Below are positions 45,829-56,951 of a DNA stretch of 63,767 nt, in pieces. The stretch spans positions 1-63,767 of the forward strand of contig CAYTWR010000008.1 in the NCBI GenBank assembly GCA_964442225.1. The letters are read 5' to 3'. Positions within the stretch are counted from its first letter, which is position 1. Every line of letters starts with the position of its first letter. The stretch is from an uncultured Burkholderiaceae bacterium. GTDB lineage: Bacteria; Pseudomonadota; Gammaproteobacteria; Burkholderiales; Burkholderiaceae_A. The notes below the pieces were generated by a model that was not told the origin of the DNA, made no database searches, and was given only the letters and a program-made list of their open reading frames with translations. The position numbers and the translations under genes were made by a program.

Positions 45829-47451
45829 ATGCTCTCTACCGCCAATATCACCATGCAGTTCGGCGCCAAGCCGCTTTTTGAAAATGTCTCGGTCAAGTTC
45901 GATAACGGCAATCGTTATGGCCTGATCGGTGCCAACGGCTGTGGCAAGTCCACGTTCATGAAAATCTTGGGAGGTGATCTTGAGCCTTCCAATGGCAATG
46001 TCATGAAAGACCCGCATGTGCGGCTTGGCAAATTGCGCCAGGATCAGTTTGCCTACGAAGATGTACGCGTGCTGGATGTGGTGATGATGGGCCATGAAGA
46101 AATGTGGGCCGCCATGACCGAGCGCGACGCGATCTATGCCAACCCCGAGGCCACGGAAGACGATTACATGAAGGCGGCCGACCTGGAAGCCAAGTTCGCC
46201 GAATACGATGGCTACACTGCCGAGGCGCGGGCAGGCGAATTGCTGTTAGGTGTGGGCATTCCCATTGAGCAGCACAACGGCCCCATGCGGGAAGTGGCTC
46301 CGGGCTGGAAGCTGCGGGTGTTGCTGGCACAGGCCCTGTTTTCTAACCCTGATGTGTTGCTGCTCGATGAGCCCACCAACAATCTGGATATTCACTCGAT
46401 TCAGTGGCTCGAAGATATTTTGAACGAGCGCAACAGCACCATGATCATTATTTCGCACGACCGGCATTTTTTGAATTCGGTCTGCACCCACATGGCCGAT
46501 CTGGATTACGGCGAGCTACGCATCTATCCTGGCAATTACGATGATTTCATGCTGGCTTCTTCCGAGGCGCGCGCACGGCTCATGGCGGCCAATGCCAAGA
46601 GTAAAGAACGTGTCTCGGAGTTGCAAGAATTCGTACGCCGATTCGCGGCCAACAAATCAAAAGCCAAGCAAGCCACATCGCGCAGAAAACTCATTGAAAA
46701 GCTGCAGGGCGAGGCAGTGGAGGTAAGGCCTTCTTCACGCCAAAACCCGTACATTCGTTTCGAGCAAAAGAAACAGCTTTTTCGCCAGGCCGTGCATGTG
46801 CAAAGCATTTCCAAATCGTTCGAGGGTCTTGCCAAGCCGGTGATTAACAAATTTTCACTCATGGTGGAAGCCGGCGAGAAGATTGCAATCGTGGGGCCCA
46901 ACGGCGCGGGCAAATCCACCCTGTTAAAGAGCATTGCGGGCGCTGCAGTCAGCGGTATGGATCCGGATAGCGGTGAAAATAAGTGGGCGGAAAACGCCGA
47001 CATTGGCTACATGCCGCAAGATGTCTACCCCGATTTTGAGCAGGATGTCACGCTCACCGATTGGATCGGCCGCTACACACAAGAAGGTGACGATGATCAG
47101 GCGGTGCGATCGATTCTGGGGCGTCTGCTGTTTTCGGGTGATGATGTGGGCAAGATGGTCAAGGTGCTCTCGGGTGGTGAAAAGCACCGCATGACCTTTG
47201 GTCGTTTAATGCTGGGCCGCCACAACGTGCTCATGCTCGATGAGCCCACCAATCACCTCGATATGGAATCCATCGAATCCTTGCAGCTTGCGCTTGAGAA
47301 ATTTCAAGGCACGGTGTTTGTGGTGTCGCACGACCGAGAGTTTGTGAATGCCGTGGCCAATCGTGTGATCGAGGTTCACGGCGATGGCCGCATCACCGAC
47401 TTTAAAGGCAGCTACGACGAATACCTGACGAGTCAGGGCCTAAATACCTAG
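45829..47451 (+). CDS. ybiT: ABC-F family ATPase (YbiT-like)
   Basis: Two NBDs ([18 protein letters not shown]), LDEPTN twice, [14 protein letters not shown] linker, no TM helices. Confidence 0.9.
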   Translation: MLSTANITMQFGAKPLFENVSVKFDNGNRYGLIGANGCGKSTFMKILGGDLEPSNGNVMKDPHVRLGKLRQDQFAYEDVRVLDVVMMGHEEMWAAMTERDAIYANPEATEDDYMKAADLEAKFAEYDGYTAEARAGELLLGVGIPIEQHNGPMREVAPGWKLRVLLAQALFSNPDVLLLDEPTNNLDIHSIQWLEDILNERNSTMIIISHDRHFLNSVCTHMADLDYGELRIYPGNYDDFMLASSEARARLMAANAKSKERVSELQEFVRRFAANKSKAKQATSRRKLIEKLQGEAVEVRPSSRQNPYIRFEQKKQLFRQAVHVQSISKSFEGLAKPVINKFSLMVEAGEKIAIVGPNGAGKSTLLKSIAGAAVSGMDPDSGENKWAENADIGYMPQDVYPDFEQDVTLTDWIGRYTQEGDDDQAVRSILGRLLFSGDDVGKMVKVLSGGEKHRMTFGRLMLGRHNVLMLDEPTNHLDMESIESLQLALEKFQGTVFVVSHDREFVNAVANRVIEVHGDGRITDFKGSYDEYLTSQGLNT

Positions 47452-48369
47452 GCTTGAAATAAAGAGGCCAAGGGCCAGAAGCAGCCCAAACACATGAGCA
47501 GCCAGAATATTAGTGCGAATGCCGCGGGTCATTGCATCACGATCAGATGGTGATCGTTGAATAGCGCGTTGGGCGCTCAAGAAAAGCGGCAGGGCAAACC
47601 AACAGGCAAGGCAATACAGCGGCAGCAGGCGCAGCCAAACGCCAAGCACGACGAGCGCGTAGCCCAGCAACATAAACACTGCATACCAAACCCAGAGTTG
47701 CTCTGTTGGTGTAATCACCGCAAGGGTCAGTTTTTTCGCTGCGCGATCGGCCGAAATGTCGGGGATTTGATTCATGTACAAAATGTTGGCCACCATGGCG
47801 CCGAACGCGAGCCCCAGAACAATAGCGGCCCAAGAAAGCGTTTGTGTGCTTAGCATTGAGCAGCCGATCACAATCAGCGCCCAAGACGCCACAATTGCGG
47901 CCTCGCCCCACACGCCGCGGCTCATGAGCTTAAAGGGCGCTGCCGAGTAGCCCCACGCCAAGGCCAGGCCGAGCGCCCCAATCCACATGAGTTCCCAGGC
48001 ATTGAGCGTGGCCATGAGCCACAGGCCACAAGCGGCGCACAAAGCCAAGATCGCATAGCCGTAGATTTTGACTTGCGACTCCGAAAGCCATTGATCCTGG
48101 ATCACTCGACTGCCCCCCGTAAACGGGGAAATTCTCTCGACATTGCAATTGTCGCTACCGTTGCGCGAATCGCAGAAATCATTAATGACATTGGCGCTCG
48201 CTTGTGCGCTCACGGCAATCACCAGAGCCAGAAGGCCTGCGGCCCACGGCACGCTGTCTCCAGCAAACTGGGCGGCGGCAAAGCCAATCAGGCAGCCCAC
48301 CACGGAGATCGTTAGAAACGGCGGGCGTGTCGCCACGAAAAGACGCAACGCAAACGAGGGCAGAGACAT
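47440..48369 (-). CDS. UbiA-superfamily prenyltransferase, MenA-like
   Basis: [44 protein letters not shown]. Confidence 0.8.
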   Translation of the reverse strand: MSLPSFALRLFVATRPPFLTISVVGCLIGFAAAQFAGDSVPWAAGLLALVIAVSAQASANVINDFCDSRNGSDNCNVERISPFTGGSRVIQDQWLSESQVKIYGYAILALCAACGLWLMATLNAWELMWIGALGLALAWGYSAAPFKLMSRGVWGEAAIVASWALIVIGCSMLSTQTLSWAAIVLGLAFGAMVANILYMNQIPDISADRAAKKLTLAVITPTEQLWVWYAVFMLLGYALVVLGVWLRLLPLYCLACWFALPLFLSAQRAIQRSPSDRDAMTRGIRTNILAAHVFGLLLALGLFISSLGI

Positions 48370-48389
48370 GCCCGAATTTTAAGCGCAGA

Positions 48390-48962
48390 TCAGGAAAGGT
48401 CTTCCGGGCTGTTCAAGTTGCGAAAGGCGTCTTCCAACTCGAATGGAACAGGTGATGCCTTGATTTCTTCGAGCCAATCGCCAAGCTTGCGTTTGCCATG
48501 TTGAAGGTAATGCTCAAGCTTTGGCAGCTCTGATTTGCGCAACAGGGCAAATGTCGGATGCCCCTGCACATAGCTGCTCGTGTCGTGCGCCTCGCTGGTT
48601 AGTGAAAGCCTGGAAACAAAATCCAGCGGGAATTGCGGGCAGTCGCACGGCACAATCGCGAGCCATTCGGTTGTGCAGCGCCTTAGGCCTGCAAGAATTC
48701 CAGCCAACGGCCCCTCATAATTTGGGCCATCGTCTTGAAAGTCCGGATCTTTCAGCACAGCACAGTTGCGTTGTTCGTACTGTTGAATGTTGCGGTTGGC
48801 ACTAATCATGAGTTGGCCAACCTGGGGTGATAGCCTTGCAATGGCAATATCCACGAGTGGCTTGCCGTGAAAGCTCACCAGGCCTTTGTCCACACCGCCC
48901 ATGCGGCGACCTTCGCCCCCACAAAGAATTAGTCCAGAGATTTGGGAGGCGGGGATTGTCAT
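48390..48962 (-). CDS. mobA: Molybdenum cofactor guanylyltransferase
   Basis: LCGGEGRRMGGVDKG, GPLAGI, VPCDCP, FRNLNSPED. Confidence 0.93.
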   Translation of the reverse strand: MTIPASQISGLILCGGEGRRMGGVDKGLVSFHGKPLVDIAIARLSPQVGQLMISANRNIQQYEQRNCAVLKDPDFQDDGPNYEGPLAGILAGLRRCTTEWLAIVPCDCPQFPLDFVSRLSLTSEAHDTSSYVQGHPTFALLRKSELPKLEHYLQHGKRKLGDWLEEIKASPVPFELEDAFRNLNSPEDLS

Positions 48963-48974
48963 TTTCGACGCTCG

Positions 48975-49259
48975 CTAGGTTTTTAATGAAGCCTGAAGGC
49001 TATCGATCAGGGCAACGGCCTGGTTTTGGTTCGCAATCGTGTGCCAGTTGCCTTGCGGGTATACCACCACATTGGGGCCTTGGGTGCACAAACCAAAGCA
49101 GCCGGATTTGTTGGCCATAATGCCGCCGTCGTGATCCATGCCGCGCTCTCGCAGAGTATGTTTAATGGTTTTCAGCAGTTCAAGCGAGCCGCGCGCCGCA
49201 CAGCAATCGCCCTGCTCACGCTCATTGGTGCAAATAAAAATGTGGTGCTGATAGCGCAT
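48975..49259 (-). CDS. Thioredoxin-like [2Fe-2S] ferredoxin
   Basis: HIFICTN..CC..KSGCFGLC..GPNVVVYP. Confidence 0.85.
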   Translation of the reverse strand: MRYQHHIFICTNEREQGDCCAARGSLELLKTIKHTLRERGMDHDGGIMANKSGCFGLCTQGPNVVVYPQGNWHTIANQNQAVALIDSLQASLKT

Positions 49260-49272
49260 TCGTGTGGCGTGA

Positions 49273-49524
49273 TTATTCGATCTTGAGCAGACGCTTTGCC
49301 GAGCCCAGCGCCAGCATGGATTCGCCATGCTTATTTTCTTTGTGCAGACGCTCGCCTTCGGCCCGAAGCTCGCGCACTTTTTTTAGCGCTGCTGCATCAA
49401 GATTTGGTTTTGCCCCCAACGCCTTGTCGATTTTGTACATTTCGCCAGGACAGCCGTGGGCTTGAGCCATCAAGGGGCTAAAAGCCACTATTACTGCCAG
49501 GGAAGTCTTGGCCAAGACTTGCAT
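49273..49524 (-). CDS. Small secreted helical protein with N-terminal H-x-C-P motif
   Basis: Signal peptide ending AQA, then HGCPGEM..ID..LRAEGERLH..H.ES. Confidence 0.65.
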   Translation of the reverse strand: MQVLAKTSLAVIVAFSPLMAQAHGCPGEMYKIDKALGAKPNLDAAALKKVRELRAEGERLHKENKHGESMLALGSAKRLLKIE

Positions 49525-49554
49525 GATCTGCGCATCTCCTTATAGATTTGCACC

Positions 49555-50970
49555 GTGGAACCAAACCCTAACATGAATCGTCGCCAGCTGATCAAAGCAG
49601 GTCTTTTGCTGCCCGCCACTTCATTGGGTGCAATTGGCGCTGCTGGGGTGCTTGCCAGCGCGCCTGCTCGGGCCAAGGAGTTTGTGGTAACGGCAAAGCC
49701 AACACGCTTGCAGCTTCTGGGCTGGGATTACCCGCACACCGATGTCTGGGCGTATAACGACCAGCTGCCGGGCCCAGTGATCTCTGCCACGCAGGGCGAT
49801 AGGGTCAGGATTCGATTGCGTAATCGGCTTGATCAGCCTTCGACCATTCATTGGCATGGTATTCGTTTGCCTAATGCAATGGATGGCGTTCCGGGCGTGA
49901 CCCAGGCGGCGGTCGAGCCTGGGAAAGACTTTACCTATGAATTTGCGCTTCCCGATGCGGGCACCTATTGGTATCACCCGCATGTGGCCACCTACGAGCA
50001 AGTGGGCCGCGGTTTGTTTGGCGCGATTATTGTGCAAGAGCGCGAGCGTGTCGATGTGGATCAAGACCTGACATGGGCGATTTCTGACATCAAGATTGAC
50101 CGATCAGGAGCGATTGCGCCTGACTTCAAGAGCTTGCACGATGCAGCACATGCGGGCCGTTTAGGCAATGTCATTTTGGTCAACGGCCAGCGCTCGCCCG
50201 CGACGCTTAGCGTGCGGGCAGGCCAGCGCGTTCGGCTTCGTTTGCTCAACAGCTCTAGTGCGCGTATTTATCGACTCAAGGTGCATGGGCATGCGCCCAT
50301 TGTTGCCGCCATTGATGGCCACCCTTGCACGCCGTTTGCTATGACGGAGTCGATCCTGTTTTCGCCAGGCAATCGCTTGGACCTGATCTTGGATTGCACC
50401 GGCGCACCTGGCCAGGTGTTTCAGATTGAAGACGAGTTTTTTCCCGCCATGCGCAATGTTCTGGGGCTTATTCGCTACAGCACGCGCTCAGCGCAGCCGC
50501 TTCGTCCCGCGTTTAATGCCCTGCCCAGCAACACTTTGGTCGAGCCAAGGCTTGAGGACGCCAAAAAGGTAGAGCTGATCGTAGAAGGTGGCGCGCTGTC
50601 GAACAAAGCAACGCGCGAACATATTTGGCTGGTCAATGGCAAGGGCAATGACCATGGCTCACACACCGATTCCCATGCCAAAGCGCCCGAGCCGTTGTAT
50701 GTGTTTGAAAAAGGCTGCACGGTGCGTTGCGTAATCGACAATCGCACCGCGTGGTTTCATCCCATGCATTTTCATGGTGTGGTGCTGCGCGAGCGTCTGC
50801 CCGATGGCAGCTGGGGCCCCTTCAAAGACTCAACCCTCGTGTGGCCATTCAAAAAGCAAGAGATTGCCTTTGTTGCCGAGAGCCATGGCGATTGGATGAT
50901 TCACTGCCACGTGTCGGAGCACCACCACTCAGGGTTAATGGGCACTTTCCGAGTGGTTGATTTGTGTTAA
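49555..50970 (+). CDS. Tat-exported multicopper oxidase
   Basis: RRQLI; HWHG, WYHPH, HPMHFHG, HCHVSEH copper motifs; start may be ATG 49573. Confidence 0.92.
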   Translation: MEPNPNMNRRQLIKAGLLLPATSLGAIGAAGVLASAPARAKEFVVTAKPTRLQLLGWDYPHTDVWAYNDQLPGPVISATQGDRVRIRLRNRLDQPSTIHWHGIRLPNAMDGVPGVTQAAVEPGKDFTYEFALPDAGTYWYHPHVATYEQVGRGLFGAIIVQERERVDVDQDLTWAISDIKIDRSGAIAPDFKSLHDAAHAGRLGNVILVNGQRSPATLSVRAGQRVRLRLLNSSSARIYRLKVHGHAPIVAAIDGHPCTPFAMTESILFSPGNRLDLILDCTGAPGQVFQIEDEFFPAMRNVLGLIRYSTRSAQPLRPAFNALPSNTLVEPRLEDAKKVELIVEGGALSNKATREHIWLVNGKGNDHGSHTDSHAKAPEPLYVFEKGCTVRCVIDNRTAWFHPMHFHGVVLRERLPDGSWGPFKDSTLVWPFKKQEIAFVAESHGDWMIHCHVSEHHHSGLMGTFRVVDLC

Positions 50971-51046
50971 GTTTTTTGTTCTAGCAGTCTTCGCGCTGCT
51001 TGTCTTCCGTGCCCCGTGCGGGCCAGTTTTCCTGAAAGAAATTGCT

Positions 51047-52381
51047 ATGAATACTCGCTCGTCGCGTCGTCATTTCGTTGCGTCTGGCCTGGCCCTGAGC
51101 GCCGTGGCTGCAGCCCCTGCGGGCGCACAGTCGTTAATTTTGAAGCCTGCACAAGAAGCCTTGCCAAGATCAGGCAAGCGCAGAGTCGTGATTGCCGGCG
51201 GCGGGTGGGGTGGATTAACCGCCGCCAGATATGTTCGCCAGCTCGTGCCGGATCTTGAGGTGATTGTGCTGGATCGCAATCCGTTTTTCTGGTCTTGCCC
51301 CATGAGCAACAAGTGGCTGATTGATGTCGTGAACACCGATTTTCTCGCCCACTCGTATTTGCCAGCGGCCAAAAAATACGGCTATCACTTTATTCAAACC
51401 GAGATCGGAGACATTGATCGTGCGTCCAAGCGTGTCTATACCTCGCAAGGGTTTGTGTCTTATGACTGGCTGATTTTGGCAGGTGGAATTCGCAACAACT
51501 ACGAGGCCTGGTTTGGCAATGACTGGAAAACCGTTGAGTACACGCAAAAGGCGTTTCCCTCGGCGTACATTCCGACCGCCGAACACGCAGTGCTCAAAAA
51601 CAAGATTCAAAACTTTAAAGGCGGCACCATTGTCATGACCTTGCCGCCACCGCCGCATCGCTGTCCGCCATCACCGTATGAGCGGGCCTGCTTAATGGCC
51701 TGGTGGTTTAAGACCAAGAAAATTGCGGCCAGGATTGTCATTCTTGATCCCAAGCCAAGGATCGCGCCAATTACGGCGGGCTACCGCGCCGCATTTGAAG
51801 AGCTCTATCCCGATATCGTGACCCATGTGCCGAATGCCCGGGTTAAGTCGGTGGATCCCTATAAAAAACGCATCTCTACCGAAGCAGGCGATTTTGATTT
51901 TGATGAAGCGATTTTTATGCCCCCGCATCAGGCCTCTGACTTGGTCTGGAAGGCTGATCTCATTGGCAAAACGCCTGAGGGCAAGCCCACGGGGTGGGCG
52001 GCTGTTGATCCATTGATCTATAACGCCAAGGGCGACCCACAAGTGTTTGTGATTGGCGACTCTGTAGGCGCGATTTCTCCTCAGTTTGGCCACTACCCCA
52101 AGAGCGGCCATGTGGCCAACTGGATGGGCAAATCGGTGGCACAACATATTGCCAACCAGGCAGCTGGCAAAGAGCCCAAGCACATCATGCTCGATAACCT
52201 GTGCTACATGCTGGTCAACAACGATCCCAAGCAGGCCATCTCAGTGCAGTTTGATTATAAGTTTGGCCCCGAAGGCCATATCATTCAAACGCAAATCGAT
52301 GATAACGATCGACGCAGCCATTTGTGGGAAGAAGACATGCGTTGGATCACCCGAATGTTCTCCGATTTTGTTGTGGCCTAA
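51047..52381 (+). CDS. Flavocytochrome c sulfide dehydrogenase-type flavoprotein (FccB/SoxF-like)
   Basis: Tat RRHFV, GGGWGG, SCPMSN, RCPPSPYER, IGD..PKSG, NLCY. Confidence 0.85.
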   Translation: MNTRSSRRHFVASGLALSAVAAAPAGAQSLILKPAQEALPRSGKRRVVIAGGGWGGLTAARYVRQLVPDLEVIVLDRNPFFWSCPMSNKWLIDVVNTDFLAHSYLPAAKKYGYHFIQTEIGDIDRASKRVYTSQGFVSYDWLILAGGIRNNYEAWFGNDWKTVEYTQKAFPSAYIPTAEHAVLKNKIQNFKGGTIVMTLPPPPHRCPPSPYERACLMAWWFKTKKIAARIVILDPKPRIAPITAGYRAAFEELYPDIVTHVPNARVKSVDPYKKRISTEAGDFDFDEAIFMPPHQASDLVWKADLIGKTPEGKPTGWAAVDPLIYNAKGDPQVFVIGDSVGAISPQFGHYPKSGHVANWMGKSVAQHIANQAAGKEPKHIMLDNLCYMLVNNDPKQAISVQFDYKFGPEGHIIQTQIDDNDRRSHLWEEDMRWITRMFSDFVVA

Positions 52382-52394
52382 AACGCCAGTTTTT

Positions 52395-53651
52395 TTAACG
52401 CAGCACAATCACATCCACAGGCGTGCCCGCAACCAGCGGGCCCGCCTCGTGGGGCAACACTACCAAGCCATCGGCGTCGACAAGCGACTTAATGCTTGCT
52501 GCGCCTTGTGAGGCTGCAATTTCGGCAAGCCACTCGCCGTTGGCATCACGCTTTAAGGCGCAGCGAAGAAATTCGGTTCGCCCTGGCGCTTTTTTTGTAT
52601 CGCTGGCAAGCCTTGCGCGAATGGACGGAGTCGGGCTTGGGTTGCCCCCTGAAATGCGCTCAATGCATGGCTCGACAATGGCCTTGAAGGTGACAAACGC
52701 CGCGACAGGGTTTCCCGGCAATCCAAAAAAGGGCACACGCCGCCCTTGTGAATCCGCGACCCATCCCGCGGCAAGCGGGCGGCCTGGCTTGATGGCCAAT
52801 TTCCAAAATGAAATCTCGCCAAGTGATTGCATTACCGCCTTGGTGTGATCGGCTTCGCCCACGCTTACCCCGCCCGAGGTGATCACCACATCGGCCTTGT
52901 TTGCCGCCGCAATGATTGCAGCACGCAATGTGTCAGGGTCATCTTTCACAATCCCGCAATCGATCGCTTGCACCGAGCGGCTGCGAATCAATTCCAGCAG
53001 CATGGGCCGATTGGCGTCAAAGATTTTTCCTTCAGTGCGCACTTGGCCTGTTTCACACAATTCATCGCCCGACGACAGCACGGCGACACGGGTTTGTCGG
53101 AACACTTCCACGGTGTCAATGCCAATTGAACTGAGCAAGGCAATTTCTCTGGCGCCAATGCCCGTGCCTTGTTTCAGAATGGACAAGCCCTTGCGAAGGT
53201 CTTCTCCAGCCTGTCGAACATTAGCCCCCGGTTGAATGGCCCGACCATCAAACTCAATTGCCAGGGGGTTCGTGGCGGCAGGCCTCACCAGTTCTTGCGC
53301 AACCACCGTGTCGTGGGCTGCGGGCACCCGCGCGCCCGTAAAAATTCGCACGGCGGTGTCTGGGCTTGCGCTTCCCTCAAGTCCGTGGCCCGCTAGGGAT
53401 TTCCCGGTAACCCCAAGTGTTATGTGGGAGATTGGCGCAACTTTGTCTAGGCAAGCGGAGTGAAACGAATAGCCGTCCATGGCCGAAAGCGGCGCTTCGG
53501 GCAGGTTAATCGGGCTGATCAAATCCTTGGCTAGGCGATAGCCGCCAGCCTGACAGACCCTGCGAATTTCGGTCTCTTGAATGGCTGAAACTGCTTGTGT
53601 AATGGCGTTTCGCGCATTTGCAATGGCTTGCGGCTCAAAGATGTCGTTCAC
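52395..53651 (-). CDS. moeA: Molybdopterin molybdotransferase
   Basis: SAMDGY, RIFTGA, SSGDEL, SGGVSVGEAD, KPGRP, GLPGNP. Confidence 0.95.
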   Translation of the reverse strand: MNDIFEPQAIANARNAITQAVSAIQETEIRRVCQAGGYRLAKDLISPINLPEAPLSAMDGYSFHSACLDKVAPISHITLGVTGKSLAGHGLEGSASPDTAVRIFTGARVPAAHDTVVAQELVRPAATNPLAIEFDGRAIQPGANVRQAGEDLRKGLSILKQGTGIGAREIALLSSIGIDTVEVFRQTRVAVLSSGDELCETGQVRTEGKIFDANRPMLLELIRSRSVQAIDCGIVKDDPDTLRAAIIAAANKADVVITSGGVSVGEADHTKAVMQSLGEISFWKLAIKPGRPLAAGWVADSQGRRVPFFGLPGNPVAAFVTFKAIVEPCIERISGGNPSPTPSIRARLASDTKKAPGRTEFLRCALKRDANGEWLAEIAASQGAASIKSLVDADGLVVLPHEAGPLVAGTPVDVIVLR

Positions 53652-53802
53652 GTGGTGGGCTTGTTTTAAAAAAGTAGGAAATGCTTAGATCGTAGAGGGT
53701 GCGCAAAGCCCCCGCTCAAGTCAAATCAGTTTGTCATGTGCAAAGCTTGGACAAGACCAATTGTTCACAAGGGCAAATGTTGCGTCGCATCTTGAACATT
53801 CC

Positions 53803-53816
53803 TTGATCAGGATCAG
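53803..53816 (+). promoter_or_regulatory. FNR/CRP-family-like box upstream of fdnG
   Basis: TTGAT-CAGG-ATCAG, one mismatch to TTGAT-N4-ATCAA. Confidence 0.45.
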
Positions 53817-53894
53817 AATCGAGGCACTTTGCTTTCACCAGTGTGTGGGAGCGAGGATTGTTTCTTGATCAATGTTCGTTCTGGAGGGACACAA

Positions 53895-56800
53895 ATGAAC
53901 GCACCGATGAACCGTCGCCAGTTCTTCAAGATCTGTTCGGCCGGTGTCGCGACTTCCTCCGCTGTTGGATTGGGTTTATCACCCGGTCTTGCACGCGCGG
54001 AAGTTCGGGCCTTTAAACTGGCCCGCACCACCGAAACCCGAGGCACCTGCCCCTATTGCTCTGTGAGCTGTGGCGTGGTGATGTATTCGAAAGAAGAGCA
54101 GGGCAAGCGCAAAATCATTCACATTGAGGGCGACCCTGACAATCCCGTGAACAAAGGAACGCTGTGCCCCAAGGGTGCTGGCCTTCTCGACATGGTGCAC
54201 TCGCCGAATCGATTGCTGCACCCAGAAATTCGCGAGGCAGGTTCTTCGGAGTGGAAGCGCATTTCCTGGGATGAAGCCCTGGATCGCGTGGCCAAGCTCA
54301 TGAAAAAAGATCGCGATGCGAACTTCATTGAGAAAAACAAAGACGGCGTGACGGTCAACCGTTGGAACACCACCGGAATGCTGGTGTCCAGTGCCGTTAG
54401 CAATGAATCCGGATACTTAGCAATCAAGATGGCACGCGGCCTGGGAATGGTCGCGTTAGATACCCAAGCACGTATCTGACATGCCCCGACGGTAGCCAGT
54501 CTGGCTCCGACGTTTGGGCGTGGTGCGATGACCAACCACTGGGTGGACATTCGCAATGCCGACTTGATTTTAGTAATGGGCGGAAATGCCGCCGAGGCAC
54601 ACCCCTGTGGCTTTAAGTGGGTTACCGAGGCGATGGAACACCGCAAGGCTCGCCTTGTGGTTGTCGACCCCCGCTTTACTCGTTCTGCTGCGATTGCCGA
54701 TTACTACGCGCCAATTCGCGTGGGAACCGATATTGCATTTTTGGGCGGGGTGATCAATTACCTGCTCAAAAACGGAAAGATCCATAAGGAGTATGTCAAC
54801 AAGTACACTAATGCGTCTTTCATCGTCGGCAAGGATTACGACTTCAAAAACGGCTTGTTCTCAGGTTATGACGAGGGCAAGCGTGCTTATGACCGCAAGG
54901 CATGGGCCTATGAAATGGGCGCCGATGGTTTTGTCAAAGTTGATGAAACGCTCAAAGACCCCCGTTGTGTCTATCAGCTGATGAGGTCCCACTTCAGCCG
55001 ATATACGCCGGAGAAAGTCGAAGAGGTGTGCGGCACGCCAAAAGAGAAGTTCCTGAAGGTGGCTGAGATGATCGGTGACACCTGCACACCCGATCGCGTC
55101 ATGACCATTCTGTATGCCTTGGGCTGGACACAGCACACGGTGGGCTCGGAAAACATTCGTACCATGGCCATGATCCAGTTGCTGCTCGGAAACATGGGCC
55201 GCGCGGGCGGAGGTGTGAATGCGCTGCGTGGCCACGCCAATGTGCAAGGCATTACCGATATGTGCACATTTGCGGCCAACATGCCGGGTTATCTCTCTGC
55301 GCCTACCGATGCCGATGACACGCACGAGAAATTTGTCACGGCCCGTGTGCCCAAGGAGCTGCGCCCAGGCGCTGTGAATTTCTGGAAAAACTTTCCGAAA
55401 TTCCAGGTCAGCCTGATGAAGGCGTGGTGGGGCGATGCCGCCACGAAGGAAAACAATTTTGCCTACGACTATTTCCCGAAACGGGATCAGTCGTACGACA
55501 TCATGCACACCTTTGAGCGCATGGCGGCGGGCGAAGTCAAGGGCCTGATTTGCCAAGGCTTTAATCCGATCGCTGCATTGCCCAACAAGAAAAAGCTCGA
55601 TGCTGCTTTGGCAAAGCTTGATTACCTAGTGGTGATTGATCCTTTGAAAACCGAGTCTGCAGAATTTTGGAAAGGGTTCGGCGAATATCACAAGGCGGAT
55701 ACGGCCAGTGTGAAGACCGAGGTGATTCGCCTGCCATCGTCTTGCTTTGCAGAAGACGAGGGCACCTTTACCAACTCGGGTCGTGTGATTCAGTGGCACT
55801 ATGCAGCCGCTGAGCCACCGGGAGAGGCGCGCACTGACCGTCAGATCTTTGGCGAGCTCTACACGCGCTTGCGCGCGCTGTATGCCAAAGAAGGCGGGAA
55901 AAATCCTGAGCCTTTTATGAAGCTGGCCTGGAAGTACACCAACCCGAAAAACCCGAACCCCGAGGAAGTGCTCAAAGAGATCTCTGGCCGCACAGTGGCT
56001 GAGATTTTGGATCCCGCAACCAAGCAGGTTGCGGTTCCTGCCGGTGGCCAGGTTGCAGGCTTTGGCATGCTGAAAGATGACGGTTCCACTTCATGTGGAA
56101 ACTGGATCTACAGCGGCTGCTGGTCTGAAAAGGGCAACTTGACCGCGCGTCGTGGCAAGGATGACCCGGGCGGCATGGGCAGCTACCTGAACTGGGGCTT
56201 CGCATGGCCAGCGAATCGTCGCGTGCTGTATAACCGTGCGGGGGTAGATCCCAACACGGGCAAGGCATGGGATCCGAAGCGTCCGGGCATCGAATGGGAT
56301 GGCGCGAAGTGGAGCGGTGTGGATATTCCCGATATGCCGCCGACCAATCGCGATGCCAACCCCTTCATCATGACGGCCACAGGCGTGGGCAATTTGTATG
56401 CGCCCATGGCAGAAGGGCCATTCCCAGAGCATTACGAGCCCTTTGAGTCGCCGCTTGCCAAAAACCCGATGAACGACAATCCGAAGGCCAAGAGCAACCC
56501 CGCTGCACGCATCTTCAAAAGTGTTGAGGGCACCTTTGGCACACCGGATAAGTTCCCCTACGCGGCAACCACTTACCGCCTGACCGAGCATTTCCACTTC
56601 TGGACCAAGAATGTGGAGTCCAACGCCATTGTTCAGCCTAGCCCCTTCGTTGAAATTAGCGAGGGCCTGGCCAAGAGCAAGGGCATTGGCAACGGTCAAA
56701 AGGTACGCGTTTGGAGCAACCACGGTGAGATCAAAGCCACCGCAGTGGTGACCAAGCGCATGCCGTCGCTCAAAGTGGCGGGTCAAACGGTGGAGACTGT

Positions 56801-56939
56801 TGGTATTCCGATTCACTTCGGGTTTGTGGGCGTGGCCAAGAACGGCTTTTTGGCCAATGAGCTCACGCCCTATGTGGCCGATGCCAACTCCAATACGCCA
56901 GAGTACAAGGCGTTTTTGGTCAACATTGAAAAAGCTTAA
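53895..56939 (+). CDS. fdnG: Selenocysteine-containing formate dehydrogenase N/O alpha subunit (UGA 54477-54479 read as Sec)
   Basis: The two track ORFs are in one frame and join through TGA: DTQARI-U-HAPTVASLAPTFGRGAMTNHW; Tat RRQFF, CPYCSVSC..C Fe-S motif; 1014 aa; selABC downstream. Confidence 0.95.
54480..54515 (+). promoter_or_regulatory. Bacterial SECIS element
   Basis: GG-T-AGCCA-GTC-TGGCT-CC hairpin with bulged U beginning ~11 nt after the in-frame UGA. Confidence 0.8.
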
Positions 56940-56951
56940 GGAGGCGATGAG

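Noticed and set aside
53829-54479. Apparent short FDH fragment or pseudogene
   Set aside because: The stop is the Sec UGA; the frame continues into the 803-aa ORF
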